Shown here piece by piece: positions 46,518 to 55,453 of a stretch of 64,000 nucleotides of DNA. The stretch spans positions 10,810-74,809 of the forward strand of contig JAHIPV010000020.1 of the NCBI GenBank assembly GCA_018902845.1, in the 5' to 3' direction. Positions within the stretch are counted from its first letter, which is position 1; each line of letters begins with the position of its first letter. This DNA is from Patescibacteria group bacterium. GTDB taxonomy: Bacteria; Patescibacteriota; Microgenomatia; UBA12405. Under the pieces are notes generated by a model that was not told the DNA's origin, did not search any database, and saw only the letters and a list, made by a program, of their open reading frames with translations. Made by a program: the position numbers and the translations under genes.

Positions 46518-47102
46518 CTATGAGTGACGCCTCCCGATTTTTTTTGGCCTAATTTTAGGGCTTTCTAAATATTCTAATTTTTCTTTCTCTCGGTATAAAA
46601 AGAGTTTGTACAGTTGGAGATTCTTTAATAAGCTTGATTCGGAGTGTTTATTGGGAATAATAATTTTTAATAATTTTTTGTTTTTTATTAAATATTGGTG
46701 TAAGCAGAAAAAGTCTCCGTCTCCTGAAACAATGACGGCCTTTTGGTAATTTTTAAATTCAATGGCGGCAGAATGCAAAACTAGTTCGGCATCAACATTT
46801 CCCTTTGGTTTGTTGTGATTGTCTTTGACTGTGGGTTTAAATACTAGTTGATAACCAAATGAGCACAGACTTTTATAAAGACCTTCATATTGTTTCAGAT
46901 ATCCGATAAACAAAAAGGCCTTAGTAACTCTAAATTTGTCTGAGAGAAATCGATGAAATTTTTTAAAATCTAGTTTCCAGCCTTTGTAAATTAACTGTCT
47001 GTTTCTATAGATATTTTTAGAAGTACCTAGATTTAGGTTTTGGCTGTCAATGAAAGCATAGATTGGCTTATTTTTTATTTTTTGGATTATTTTTTTAGAC
47101 AT
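46518..47102 (-). CDS. NYN-domain (LabA-like, PIN-related) protein
   Basis: PIYAFIDSQNLNL ... KGNVDAELVLH ... AVIVSGDGDFFCL. Confidence 0.7.
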   Translation of the reverse strand: MSKKIIQKIKNKPIYAFIDSQNLNLGTSKNIYRNRQLIYKGWKLDFKKFHRFLSDKFRVTKAFLFIGYLKQYEGLYKSLCSFGYQLVFKPTVKDNHNKPKGNVDAELVLHSAAIEFKNYQKAVIVSGDGDFFCLHQYLIKNKKLLKIIIPNKHSESSLLKNLQLYKLFLYREKEKLEYLESPKIRPKKIGRRHS

Positions 47103-47112
47103 ACGGGTGTTA

Positions 47113-47143
47113 TAGCTGGATTACTGGATAACCGGATGATGGG
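47113..47143. repeat. Octamer-family array (CTGGATTACTGGATAACCGGATGA)
   Basis: Same 8-bp periodicity and units as 16823-16940. It lies upstream of NYN gene 1. Confidence 0.6.
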
Positions 47144-47211
47144 GTTGTTTTTTTAATTGACATGGAGTTGTTGATTTAGTATAATTTGATTATCACGATG
47201 AGAGGGTACGC

Positions 47212-47751
47212 CTAAGGTCTTGTCCGAAGGTTGCTCCCTCTTTTTTTTGTTGATAATTTCTTTTTTAGGTCGTTTATATAAACGAAGTATTTTCTAAATT
47301 TTCTTAATAAGGCCGAGTATTTTTTTGGATTTGGAATGATAATGTGGGAGAGTTTGTTTTTCTTTTTGAGATATTCTATTAAGCAGTGAAAGTCTCCGTC
47401 GCCTGAAACAATGATTGCTTTGTTGTAATTGGGATATTGGATCATGGTGTGTAAAACCAGATCAGCGTCTACGTTGCCCTTGGTGTATCTTTTATCGTCT
47501 TTTTTGTATTCCAGTGTTGGTTTAAAAACAACTATATAGTCGGATTCTTGCAGATATGTGTAAAGTATTTGGTTTCCGGGAATGTAACCAATGAATAAAA
47601 AGGCTTTTTCAACTTTGTATTTATCTTTGAGGTAAATACGGAATCTTTTGAAATCTAGTTTCCAGCCTTGAGATCTGATGGAGAGGTTTAGGTTTTGGCT
47701 GTCAATGAAAGCGTAAATGGGCTTGGTTATTTTTTTATTTTTTTTAGACAT
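47212..47751 (-). CDS. NYN-domain (LabA-like) protein, tandem paralogue
   Basis: PIYAFIDSQNLNL ... KGNVDADLVLH ... AIIVSGDGDFHCL. Confidence 0.7.
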   Translation of the reverse strand: MSKKNKKITKPIYAFIDSQNLNLSIRSQGWKLDFKRFRIYLKDKYKVEKAFLFIGYIPGNQILYTYLQESDYIVVFKPTLEYKKDDKRYTKGNVDADLVLHTMIQYPNYNKAIIVSGDGDFHCLIEYLKKKNKLSHIIIPNPKKYSALLRKFRKYFVYINDLKKKLSTKKRGSNLRTRP

Positions 47752-47762
47752 ATGGGTATTAT

Positions 47763-47796
47763 AGCTGGATTACTAGATTACTGGACAACTAGACTG
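47763..47796. repeat. Octamer-family array (GCTGGATTACTAGATTACTGGACAACTAGAC)
   Basis: It lies upstream of NYN gene 2. The flanking sequence CATATGGGTATTATAGCTGGATTACT is duplicated at 47101-47125. Confidence 0.6.
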
Positions 47797-47806
47797 TTTG
47801 GGCATT

Positions 47807-48604
47807 TTAGATGTTGTCGGCGAAGGTTTTTTCTTGAGTTTTGAAATATTTAAGACCGATTAAAAGAGTAAGAATAGAAACTAAAAGGGCGATGAACAGA
47901 CTGGTAATGTTTGGCATTCCCCTGCCTAGAATTGATTGGCGGTAAGCGTTGGTAAGAACGCTTAAGGGATTGAGCTGGAATATGAAGCGAAGATGGGCCG
48001 GAACTATGTCTATCGGGTAAATAATGGGAGTTAGGTACATCCAGAGCATAAGAATAAGACCAAGCATGTATTGGACATCACGATAAATTAGATTGGCGGC
48101 AGAGAAAAAAAGAGAAACACCCAGAGTGAAAATTTGTTGAATCAGAAATATGGGTATGAACCACAAGACATTTAGATTGATTGGGATTTTGTAGATAAAG
48201 AAAAAAGCGATTAAGATGGTAGAAGCGAAAAAGAAATCAATGATTTTGGCAATGATGGTAGCTAGGGGTAAAATAGTTCTGGGAAAATATATTTTTGTGA
48301 TTAAGTTAGAACTGTTGACAAGTGAATTGGTGGCCGAAGAAAGAGAATTTGAAAAAAGAGTCCATGGCAAGAGAGCGGTGTAAAGGAAAATTGAATATGG
48401 GATTTTGGAATTGGCGTGAGTGGGAATACGCATGATGACAGAAAAGGCGAAGCTCATAACCAGCATTTGTAAGAAAGGGTTTAAGATTACCCAGAAGTAG
48501 CCTAGAATTGATTGTTTGTAACGGGCTTTGATTTCGCGACCGACCATTTGAAAAAGCAGTTCTTTGCGAGCTAGGATGGCTTTGGTTTCGGTGATGAGGA
48601 GCAT
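47807..48604 (-). CDS. ABC-2-type polysaccharide export permease (Wzm/TagG/KpsM-like)
   Basis: 265 aa with 6 TM helices, typical ABC-2 topology. It is the partner of the ATPase at 45668..46405. Confidence 0.75.
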   Translation of the reverse strand: MLLITETKAILARKELLFQMVGREIKARYKQSILGYFWVILNPFLQMLVMSFAFSVIMRIPTHANSKIPYSIFLYTALLPWTLFSNSLSSATNSLVNSSNLITKIYFPRTILPLATIIAKIIDFFFASTILIAFFFIYKIPINLNVLWFIPIFLIQQIFTLGVSLFFSAANLIYRDVQYMLGLILMLWMYLTPIIYPIDIVPAHLRFIFQLNPLSVLTNAYRQSILGRGMPNITSLFIALLVSILTLLIGLKYFKTQEKTFADNI

Positions 48605-48626
48605 GAAGGTAGTATAAAGGAATAAA

Positions 48627-48685
48627 TCCTAAATTCTAATATCTAAATTCTAAACAATATTTAAATTCAAATGTTCAAAACTTAA
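48627..48685. repeat. Family-C AT-rich module, second copy
   Basis: CCTAAATTCTAATATCTAAATTCTAAACAATATTTAAATTCAAATGTTCAAAAC. Confidence 0.5.
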
Positions 48686-48727
48686 AATAAATTTAATGTT
48701 GTTATTGGGAGGAATGAAGTGATGCGT

Positions 48728-48757
48728 CTGCGGGCGACCGCAAGGGTCGCCCCTACG
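48728..48757. repeat. Family-A hairpin copy, intergenic
   Basis: CTGCGGGCGACCGCAAGGGTCGCCCCTACG. Confidence 0.7.
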
Positions 48758-48785
48758 AAGGGTGTGATGATGGGTGTTTTTCTGG

Positions 48786-48822
48786 GGGGATTCTTCGTGG
48801 AAACCTCAGAATGACGGTGGGA
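48786..48822. repeat. Family-B fragment, followed by palindrome E at 48843-48875 (TTAGACAGGTTAGAAACCTGTCTCTA)
   Basis: GGATTCTTCGTGGAAACCTCAGAATGACGGTGGGA. The palindrome-E arms AGACAGGTT/AACCTGTCT are perfect. Confidence 0.5.
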
Positions 48823-48952
48823 TGGGGTTGGGAGGAAGAGTTTTAGACAGGTTAGAAACCTGTCTCTACACGGAGGCTGGTGGATTAAAAAGAAAAAGCA
48901 ACTGTTGCAAATTTTGCAACAGTTTAAATAGTTGGGTTTGGTAGAATGAGGA

Positions 48953-49492
48953 ATGGATGAAGAGAGTAAAAAAGAATTAGCTGTAATAATTTCTGACTAT
49001 ATTGAGTCGTTGTCTTTGTTGAAGCAGTATGATGATAGGAAAATAAGGGTTTCTGGTTTGTCTGAGAAAGTAAAGTATGTTTTGGAATATAAAAAAGTGG
49101 TTGGTCTGGTGATGGAGCTGAGACAAGACTTGATTAAAAAGAATTTGGCTACAGAATTATTTGGAGTTGAAAATAGTAAAAAACTGGATGGGTTGATTGG
49201 GGCTATTAATCAAACTTTTGATGGAAAAAATTTGTATTCAAGTATTGAAGAAAAAGCGGCTAATTTGTTGTATATGGTTATTAAAGATCATCCTTTTGTC
49301 GATGGAAATAAAAGGACGGCGGCGACTTTGTTTGTATATTTTTTGAATAGAAATGGATATTTGTTTAAGAAGAATGGCGAAAGAAAGATTGATGATAGGG
49401 CTTTGGTGGCTTTGACTTTGTTGATTGCGGTCAGTGATCCAAGGGAGAAGGAAATGATGGTTAAGTTGACGATGAGTTTGATAAAGAATTAG
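48953..49492 (+). CDS. Doc-type Fic-fold protein (death-on-curing toxin family)
   Basis: DHPFVDGNKRTAATLF matches the Doc motif H-x-F-x-D-G-N-K-R. Confidence 0.65.
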   Translation: MDEESKKELAVIISDYIESLSLLKQYDDRKIRVSGLSEKVKYVLEYKKVVGLVMELRQDLIKKNLATELFGVENSKKLDGLIGAINQTFDGKNLYSSIEEKAANLLYMVIKDHPFVDGNKRTAATLFVYFLNRNGYLFKKNGERKIDDRALVALTLLIAVSDPREKEMMVKLTMSLIKN

Positions 49493-49545
49493 ACAATTAG
49501 ATAACTAGACAACTAGATTACTGGATTACTGGATGACTGGATAAA
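49489..49545. repeat. Octamer-family array (AGACAATTAGATAACTAGACAACTAGATTACTGGATTACTGGATGACTGGATAA)
   Basis: 8-bp periodic units. Confidence 0.7.
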
Positions 49546-49547
49546 AT

Positions 49548-49704
49548 GTTGTCATTGCGAGGAGTCCAACGACGTGGCAATCCCGCAGGAAGAGTAAAAA
49601 GGTGTTGATTAAAATCCCGACGGGATCCTCCAGAGGCGGACACGTTGCCATGTTGTCACGTAATAAATTAAGAAATTTAAACGTGATTTCCTCGCAATGA
49701 CAGG
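49548..49704. mobile_element. MITE-like element, ~157 bp, with 14-bp terminal inverted repeats TGTCATTGCGAGGA / TCCTCGCAATGACA
   Basis: The perfect termini are related to the family-B termini (GTCATTCYGAG). There is no coding capacity. Confidence 0.5.
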
Positions 49705-49706
49705 TT

Positions 49707-51539
49707 TTGGAGTTTGGTAGAATTGGAGATATGGGACAGAGGAAGATAAAAGCAGAAAGACGAAAAAAGAAAAACAAGGAGATCCTTCGCTACACTCAGG
49801 ATGACGGTGGGAGGCAGAATGACGGTGGGAGGATTCAGAACGACGGTGGGAGGCAGAATGACGGGGGGAGGGATTCGGGACGGGCTCGGTTTTGGTTTGG
49901 CAAGGTTGGAATAAGGGGAATATTGAGGGAGAATTGGAAGTTTTTGGTGATATTAACGATGGGGATTGTTTTGCTTTATTTGAATGCAATGAGAGGAGAT
50001 TTTGTGTCTGATGATTATGCCACTATTCCAAACAATCCTTTAATCAAGGATATGTCAGCCGGTTTTAAGGGTTTGAACGTTGTTTATATAAGCAATGTGA
50101 TTATCGCCAGACTTTTTGGAGTTACTCCCCTCCCTTTTCATTTGTATAGCCTCTTTTTGTTTATTTTGACTTGTGTGGTGGCTTTTCTTTTTTTGCGAGT
50201 TTTGTTTGGTGAAAAAGTAGCCAAATTAACGACAATTATTTTTGCCGTTCATCCGATTCATGTTGAGGCGGTTTCTTGGATTTCGGGAAAACCCTATACT
50301 TTGGCTTCTATGTTTATGTTGGCGGCTTTGCTGGTTGGAGTGTTTTTGGTGGAGACAAGGAAAAGAAAATATTTGATTTGGATGATAATTTTTGCTCTTT
50401 TGGCTTATCAGTCCGATGCGGCTAGGTCTTTATCTTTTATATTTTTGTTTTTGCTGTATTTGTGGTTTAGAGGTGGACTTGGAGGGATGAAAAAGCAGTT
50501 TTATAGATATTTGCCTTTTGTATTGGTTGTTATAACAACGGGAATTGTAATTTTGTGGCCTGGTATTAAGACAAGAATTGAGTCTGTTAATTCGGGATAT
50601 AATCGAGTTGGAAGTATTTTTTATAATCCGTTTTTTCAATATCCGACTTCGGTAACAAAGTATTTACAATTAATGCTGATTCCGGCTGATTTGACACTTT
50701 ATCACACTATGTATACTGTTCCGGTTTGGCTGAATTGGTTGGTTTTGGTGACATTTTTGTCTTTGTTGATATATTCTTTTTTTAGAGATAGAAAGATTTT
50801 TTTTGGATTGAGTTTTATGTTTTTGGCTTCGGTGGCTTCAATGGCGCCGGTTAAGGTTGGCTGGCTGGTGGCAGAAAGGTATATGTTTTTGGGGAGTTTG
50901 GGATTTTGCCTGGTACTGGTTTTGTTTTGGGACAGGATTCCTAAAAAACTGAAATTAGTAAAATTGACAGTTTTTGTATGTTTAATTATTGGTTTTACGG
51001 TTAGAACTTTTGTGAGAAATATTGATTGGCAAACTAATCATAAACTTTGGGTAAATACTGTTCAGACATCTCCAAACAGCCATAATGCTTGGAATAATAT
51101 TGGAGATGATTACGATAAATTAAAAGACTATGAAAACGCCATAAAGGGATTTACTCAATCAACTGTGATGAAGGCCAATTATGCCGATGCCTATCATAAC
51201 AGGGCCAATATTTATTTGAAAACCGGACGTTTGGATTTGGCCAGAGACAGTTATTTGACTGCTTTAAAATATTCCCCCGGTTTGTTTCAGACTTATGTGA
51301 GCTTGACTCAGGTTGAATTGATGCAGAAAAAACCTGAAAAGGCAATGGAATATGCCAAAAAAACGGTTGAGATGCAACCAAACAATTTTCAAGCCCATTA
51401 TGTTTTGGGGGTAGTTTTGGCTCAGTCGGGAAATAGAGAGGAGGCTTTAAAAGAGATAAAGATTTCTTTACAACTGAACCCTAATTTTGGGCCGGCTAAA
51501 GATGCGTTGGTTAAACTAAATTCAGATGAATCAAAATAA
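49707..51539 (+). CDS. Transmembrane + C-terminal TPR-repeat protein (TMTC/GT-C-like architecture)
   Basis: About 9 TM helices followed by 4-5 TPR units (NAWNNIGDDYDKLKDYENAIKGF ... AYHNRANIYLKTGRLDLARDSY ...). The first ~60 codons are repeat-derived, so the true start may be internal, for example near 49951. Confidence 0.55.
   Translation: MEFGRIGDMGQRKIKAERRKKKNKEILRYTQDDGGRQNDGGRIQNDGGRQNDGGRDSGRARFWFGKVGIRGILRENWKFLVILTMGIVLLYLNAMRGDFVSDDYATIPNNPLIKDMSAGFKGLNVVYISNVIIARLFGVTPLPFHLYSLFLFILTCVVAFLFLRVLFGEKVAKLTTIIFAVHPIHVEAVSWISGKPYTLASMFMLAALLVGVFLVETRKRKYLIWMIIFALLAYQSDAARSLSFIFLFLLYLWFRGGLGGMKKQFYRYLPFVLVVITTGIVILWPGIKTRIESVNSGYNRVGSIFYNPFFQYPTSVTKYLQLMLIPADLTLYHTMYTVPVWLNWLVLVTFLSLLIYSFFRDRKIFFGLSFMFLASVASMAPVKVGWLVAERYMFLGSLGFCLVLVLFWDRIPKKLKLVKLTVFVCLIIGFTVRTFVRNIDWQTNHKLWVNTVQTSPNSHNAWNNIGDDYDKLKDYENAIKGFTQSTVMKANYADAYHNRANIYLKTGRLDLARDSYLTALKYSPGLFQTYVSLTQVELMQKKPEKAMEYAKKTVEMQPNNFQAHYVLGVVLAQSGNREEALKEIKISLQLNPNFGPAKDALVKLNSDESK
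49797..49872. repeat. Tandem 21-bp repeat x3.5 (GGGAGGCAGAATGACGGTGGG-type), derived from a family-B terminus
   Basis: It would encode DDGGRQNDGGRIQNDGGRQNDGGR in frame. Confidence 0.7.
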
Positions 51540-52926
51540 GGTTTTAATTTTAAATCTTTTTTGTAGAGATAAGAATATCAATCGGGATATGGCCGGTGGT
51601 TTGGGTTATAGCGCTGGTGATGGGGTAATTTTGCCTCCTTTGGATTTATTGATAATTGCTTCTACTTTGAGGCAATTGGGCAAGAAAGTTTTTTTTGTTG
51701 ATGCAATTGCGGAAGGGATTAATGATTTTGAGGTTATTAAAGATTTGATTGTTAAAGAAAGAATTGGGATTTTGATTGGTAATTTGGCTTTGCCGACACT
51801 TAAAGAAGATGTGGAATTTTATAAAAAGGCAAGGGAAGAATTTGGTGATATTAAAATAGTTGTTAAAACAGGAATAAATTATAAGGAAATTTTGGTGGAT
51901 GTGTTTGAGAAATCCGGAGTGGATGTAATTGTTTTTGCTGAGTGTGATCTGGATATCATGGATTATATTGAGGGAAAAAAGAAACAGGGTTCAGTGCAGA
52001 AGATTAAAGGAGAGTTAAGATTTTTTCCGGTTAAAGAAAGGTTTAACAAAATGGATTTATTGCCGGTGGCGGCCAGGGATTTGGCTAAAAATGAATTGTA
52101 TAAATATGTCTTATTGCCTGAAGGTAAAATGACTACCATGCAAACAAGCAGAGGTTGTCCTTTTGCCTGTTGTTATTATTGCCCCTACCCCCTGGTTCAG
52201 GGGAAAAAGTGGAGAGCAATGTCTGTTTTAAGAGTGATTAAAGAGGTTAAGGCAATAGTTTTTTTGGGGATTAAGAATGTTTTTTTTAGAGATGCCACTT
52301 TTACTTTGGATATGGCAAGAACGGAGAAAATTTGTGAGTTGTTGATTAAAAAAAAGATCAAAATTAATTGGTGGTGTGAAACAAGGATAAATGTTTTGAG
52401 TGAAGTTTTGTTGAAAAAAATGAAGAGGGCTGGTTGTCTTGGAATAAACATTGGGGTGGAAACAATGGATAGAGATTTAATAAGAATTGAGGGCAAGCCG
52501 GGGGTGACTTTGGATGATGTGATTAAAATCAGGAATTTGGCCAAGAGAATTGGAGTTAAACTGCATTTTTTGATGGTAGTGGGATTACCGGATGACAATG
52601 CTTTGTCTTTGTATAATACTTTTAAGTATTTGACGGAATTAAATCCGGAAACGATGGGTTTTACTGTAATAACTCCCTATCCCGGCACTGAAATGTTTAA
52701 AGAGGCGTTTAAAAAAGGGTTGATTAAAAATTTTAATTGGAATAATTTTGATGGCTCCGGGATAAACATGAGAACAAAGTATTTATCCAGAATAGAGATT
52801 GGATTAGCAAAACATCTTTTGTCGGCCAGTTCTTATTTCTTAAAAAGAAATTTGATTTTGAAGAGTTTTGGAATATTTTTGATTGATAAGATTTTTAGAA
52901 TTTGGATTTTATTGAGAAAAAAATGA
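51526..52926 (+). CDS. B12-binding-domain radical SAM protein (class B-like) with an atypical Cys motif
   Basis: N-terminal Rossmann-like B12-type domain. The cluster motif is SRGCPFACCYYCPY, with Cys at positions 0, 4, 5 and 8 rather than the canonical CxxxCxxC. Confidence 0.7.
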   Translation: MNQNKVLILNLFCRDKNINRDMAGGLGYSAGDGVILPPLDLLIIASTLRQLGKKVFFVDAIAEGINDFEVIKDLIVKERIGILIGNLALPTLKEDVEFYKKAREEFGDIKIVVKTGINYKEILVDVFEKSGVDVIVFAECDLDIMDYIEGKKKQGSVQKIKGELRFFPVKERFNKMDLLPVAARDLAKNELYKYVLLPEGKMTTMQTSRGCPFACCYYCPYPLVQGKKWRAMSVLRVIKEVKAIVFLGIKNVFFRDATFTLDMARTEKICELLIKKKIKINWWCETRINVLSEVLLKKMKRAGCLGINIGVETMDRDLIRIEGKPGVTLDDVIKIRNLAKRIGVKLHFLMVVGLPDDNALSLYNTFKYLTELNPETMGFTVITPYPGTEMFKEAFKKGLIKNFNWNNFDGSGINMRTKYLSRIEIGLAKHLLSASSYFLKRNLILKSFGIFLIDKIFRIWILLRKK

Positions 52927-53840
52927 AGATTTTTGTAACCGGGGCTACTGGAAAAATAGGTAAAAAAATTACCAGACTTTTAGTTGAAAATAGATATAGC
53001 GTGGTTGCTTTGTATAGAGATAAAAAAAGGATATTTTTGAAGGATAAAATTGAATGGGTTAAAGGAGATTTGTTGGATTTGCCGAAAAAAGCAAGCGAAT
53101 GGTTGAAAGAATGTGATTTGATTGTGCATATGGCCGGGAAATTGGGTATGTTTGATAGAGATTGTTTGCGGGTTAATGTTGAGGGCACTAAAAAATTGTT
53201 ACTGTCAATAGATGGGGGAAAAAGGATTAGATTTATTTATTTTAGTTCCATTGATGCCTTTGGAACTACCGGTAAAAAACAGGTTAATGAAAAGGATACT
53301 GCTCTGCCCTATTGTGTTTATGGAAAGTCAAAACTTCTAGCAGAAAAAGCGATAGTTAATTATAGAAAAAAGCATAAATCTTTTTCTTATGTAATTTTGC
53401 GTTTGGGTAATGTGGCTGGATTTGGTGGTGAAGATTTGTTGTCTTGTTTGTATTCAATTAAAAAAAAGAATTTTTTGTTAAAGAAAATATTAATTGGTCT
53501 TTTTGGTGAAAATGAGCTAAATATTGTTTGTATCAACGATATTAAAAGAGTGTTTTTGCAAGTTATTAAAAAAAAGAAGTATAAAAACAGGGTACGGTTT
53601 TTGACAGGAAAGAATGTTAGTTTGTTAATGCTGGTGAGTGGCAGTAGTGGTAGTTTTTTGTTTAAATGTTTTAAAATTGTTTTGCTTTGTTTAATGAAAG
53701 TTAGCAGGAGGGGTGGTTTTTATTACTATTTGGGAGCGGGTGGAGTTTTGAGACCATACAGAAGATACTCCAATAAAATATATGAGGAATTAAAGGTGAA
53801 ATTAAAAAATGAATGTATCAATAATAATAGCAACTTATAA
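52923..53840 (+). CDS. NAD-dependent epimerase/dehydratase (extended SDR)
   Basis: MKIFVTGATGKIGKKI. The start overlaps the previous gene's stop in an ATGA junction. Confidence 0.7.
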   Translation: MKIFVTGATGKIGKKITRLLVENRYSVVALYRDKKRIFLKDKIEWVKGDLLDLPKKASEWLKECDLIVHMAGKLGMFDRDCLRVNVEGTKKLLLSIDGGKRIRFIYFSSIDAFGTTGKKQVNEKDTALPYCVYGKSKLLAEKAIVNYRKKHKSFSYVILRLGNVAGFGGEDLLSCLYSIKKKNFLLKKILIGLFGENELNIVCINDIKRVFLQVIKKKKYKNRVRFLTGKNVSLLMLVSGSSGSFLFKCFKIVLLCLMKVSRRGGFYYYLGAGGVLRPYRRYSNKIYEELKVKLKNECINNNSNL

Positions 53841-54729
53841 CAGAGCTGATATTTTAAAAAAGGCTGTTGTTTTGTTAAAAAAACAAAAAACAGATGTAGA
53901 TTTTGAGGTATTGATAGTTGACGATGGTTCGGATGAAAAAAATAAAAAGAAGTTGAAGTTATTAGAGAAAGATTCCAGATTCAGATTTTTTTATAGAAAA
54001 AAAAGGGGTCCGGCCGGAGCCAGAAATTTTGGGATTTTAAAATCAAAAAATGATGTTTTGATATTTATGAATGATGATACTTTTGTGTCAACGGATTTTG
54101 TAAAAAGGCATTTTGAATTTCACAAAACGAATAAAAATGAGGAAGTTTTTTTAACCGGTCCAATGATAAATTATCCTAAATTTAGAATTAGTCCGGCCAT
54201 GGAGTGGCTTTTGAGCAGGAGCAATTTGCATTTTGATTATAGTAATACGGATAACGCTAATTTAGATTGGGGATTTTTTTGGACATGCAATGTGTCTTTG
54301 AAGAAAAAATTTTTGTTAAAAAATAATTTGTTTTTTGATGAGAATTTTCCAAAAGCGGCTTGGGAAGATTTTGAATTTGCTTATAGAGCCAGTTTAAAAG
54401 GAATGAAACTTTTTTATGACGAAAAGTTAACTGTTTATCATTATCATAAATTTAATTTTGATGATGTTTTGAATAGATTTTTTAATCATGGAAGAGGATT
54501 GTATTTTTTGGAACAAAAGGTACCGGCAAAATATTTGCCCCCTATGGGTAAAGATAAATCCAGAAAATTGCTTAGATTTTTTTTGTTTATAAGCATGAGT
54601 TGCTTTTGGTTAAAAATTTCTGAAAAAAGATTAAAAAAGAGTAAAAAAATTTCTAATATATTGATGCAGTTATTAGTTTTGGCTGAAAAATTGAAGGGCT
54701 ATGACTTTGAAAAAAGAAAAATACGATAA
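53809..54729 (+). CDS. Glycosyltransferase family 2
   Basis: VSIIIATYNRADIL ... VLIVDDGSDE. Confidence 0.75.
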   Translation: MNVSIIIATYNRADILKKAVVLLKKQKTDVDFEVLIVDDGSDEKNKKKLKLLEKDSRFRFFYRKKRGPAGARNFGILKSKNDVLIFMNDDTFVSTDFVKRHFEFHKTNKNEEVFLTGPMINYPKFRISPAMEWLLSRSNLHFDYSNTDNANLDWGFFWTCNVSLKKKFLLKNNLFFDENFPKAAWEDFEFAYRASLKGMKLFYDEKLTVYHYHKFNFDDVLNRFFNHGRGLYFLEQKVPAKYLPPMGKDKSRKLLRFFLFISMSCFWLKISEKRLKKSKKISNILMQLLVLAEKLKGYDFEKRKIR

Positions 54730-55444
54730 GGATTATTATAATCGGGGCATAATAGGAAAAGGATTGGAAGATATCTTGATTAGATTGGCGAATCTTGGAG
54801 TATTGAGAGGAGTTAAGGATGGGGCTAGGATTTTGGACTTGGGATGCGGGCAGGGGTTGTGGTTAGAATATTTAAGGAAAAAAGGTTTTGATGGTTGGGG
54901 ATTAGATACCTCTAGGGCGGCGATTGGGGAAGCGGTTAAACGGTTGGGGAAAAAGAAATTGATAGTTGGTGAGTTAGAGAGGGTTGGATTTAAAAAGAAT
55001 TTTTTTGATGCAGTAACTTGTTTCCATGTTTTGGAACATGTAAAGAAAGCTGATAGTTTAGTAAAGGAAGTTTTTGGAATACTTAAAAAAGACGGGTTGT
55101 TTGTTTTGAGACTACCGGATTTTTCTTCTTGGGAGGTGAAGTTGGCTGGTGAGAGATGGTTTCATGGCGATGCTTTGTACCATGTAAAAAATTATGATAA
55201 AAAATCGGTTGTAAAGTTATTGAAAAAAGCGGGTTTTGAGCAAATTGAAGTTAAGCCGGCTTTGTTTGAGTATAGACAGACTTTGTTGTATTCACTGATT
55301 AATTTTTGTGGGGTTGAAAAGATTAGTAGATTTTGGCGGTTTTTGCTTTTGCCTTTGCAGTTATTTTTTGCGCCTTTGTCGTTTTTTTTGGCAGTGGTTT
55401 TTGCCAATAGCGGGACAATGGAAGTTAGAGCTTTGAGAGGATAA
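54701..55444 (+). CDS. Class I SAM-dependent methyltransferase
   Basis: ARILDLGCGQGLW ... VTCFHVLEHV ... LKKDGLFVL. Confidence 0.75.
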   Translation: MTLKKEKYDKDYYNRGIIGKGLEDILIRLANLGVLRGVKDGARILDLGCGQGLWLEYLRKKGFDGWGLDTSRAAIGEAVKRLGKKKLIVGELERVGFKKNFFDAVTCFHVLEHVKKADSLVKEVFGILKKDGLFVLRLPDFSSWEVKLAGERWFHGDALYHVKNYDKKSVVKLLKKAGFEQIEVKPALFEYRQTLLYSLINFCGVEKISRFWRFLLLPLQLFFAPLSFFLAVVFANSGTMEVRALRG

Positions 55445-55453
55445 GATAAATAA

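Noticed and set aside
46488-47245. Plus-strand stem + T8 structures at 46488-46540 and 47195-47245 as intrinsic terminators
   Set aside because: They would terminate plus-strand transcription, but all neighbouring genes are on the minus strand. I kept them only as conserved 3' elements of the NYN cassettes
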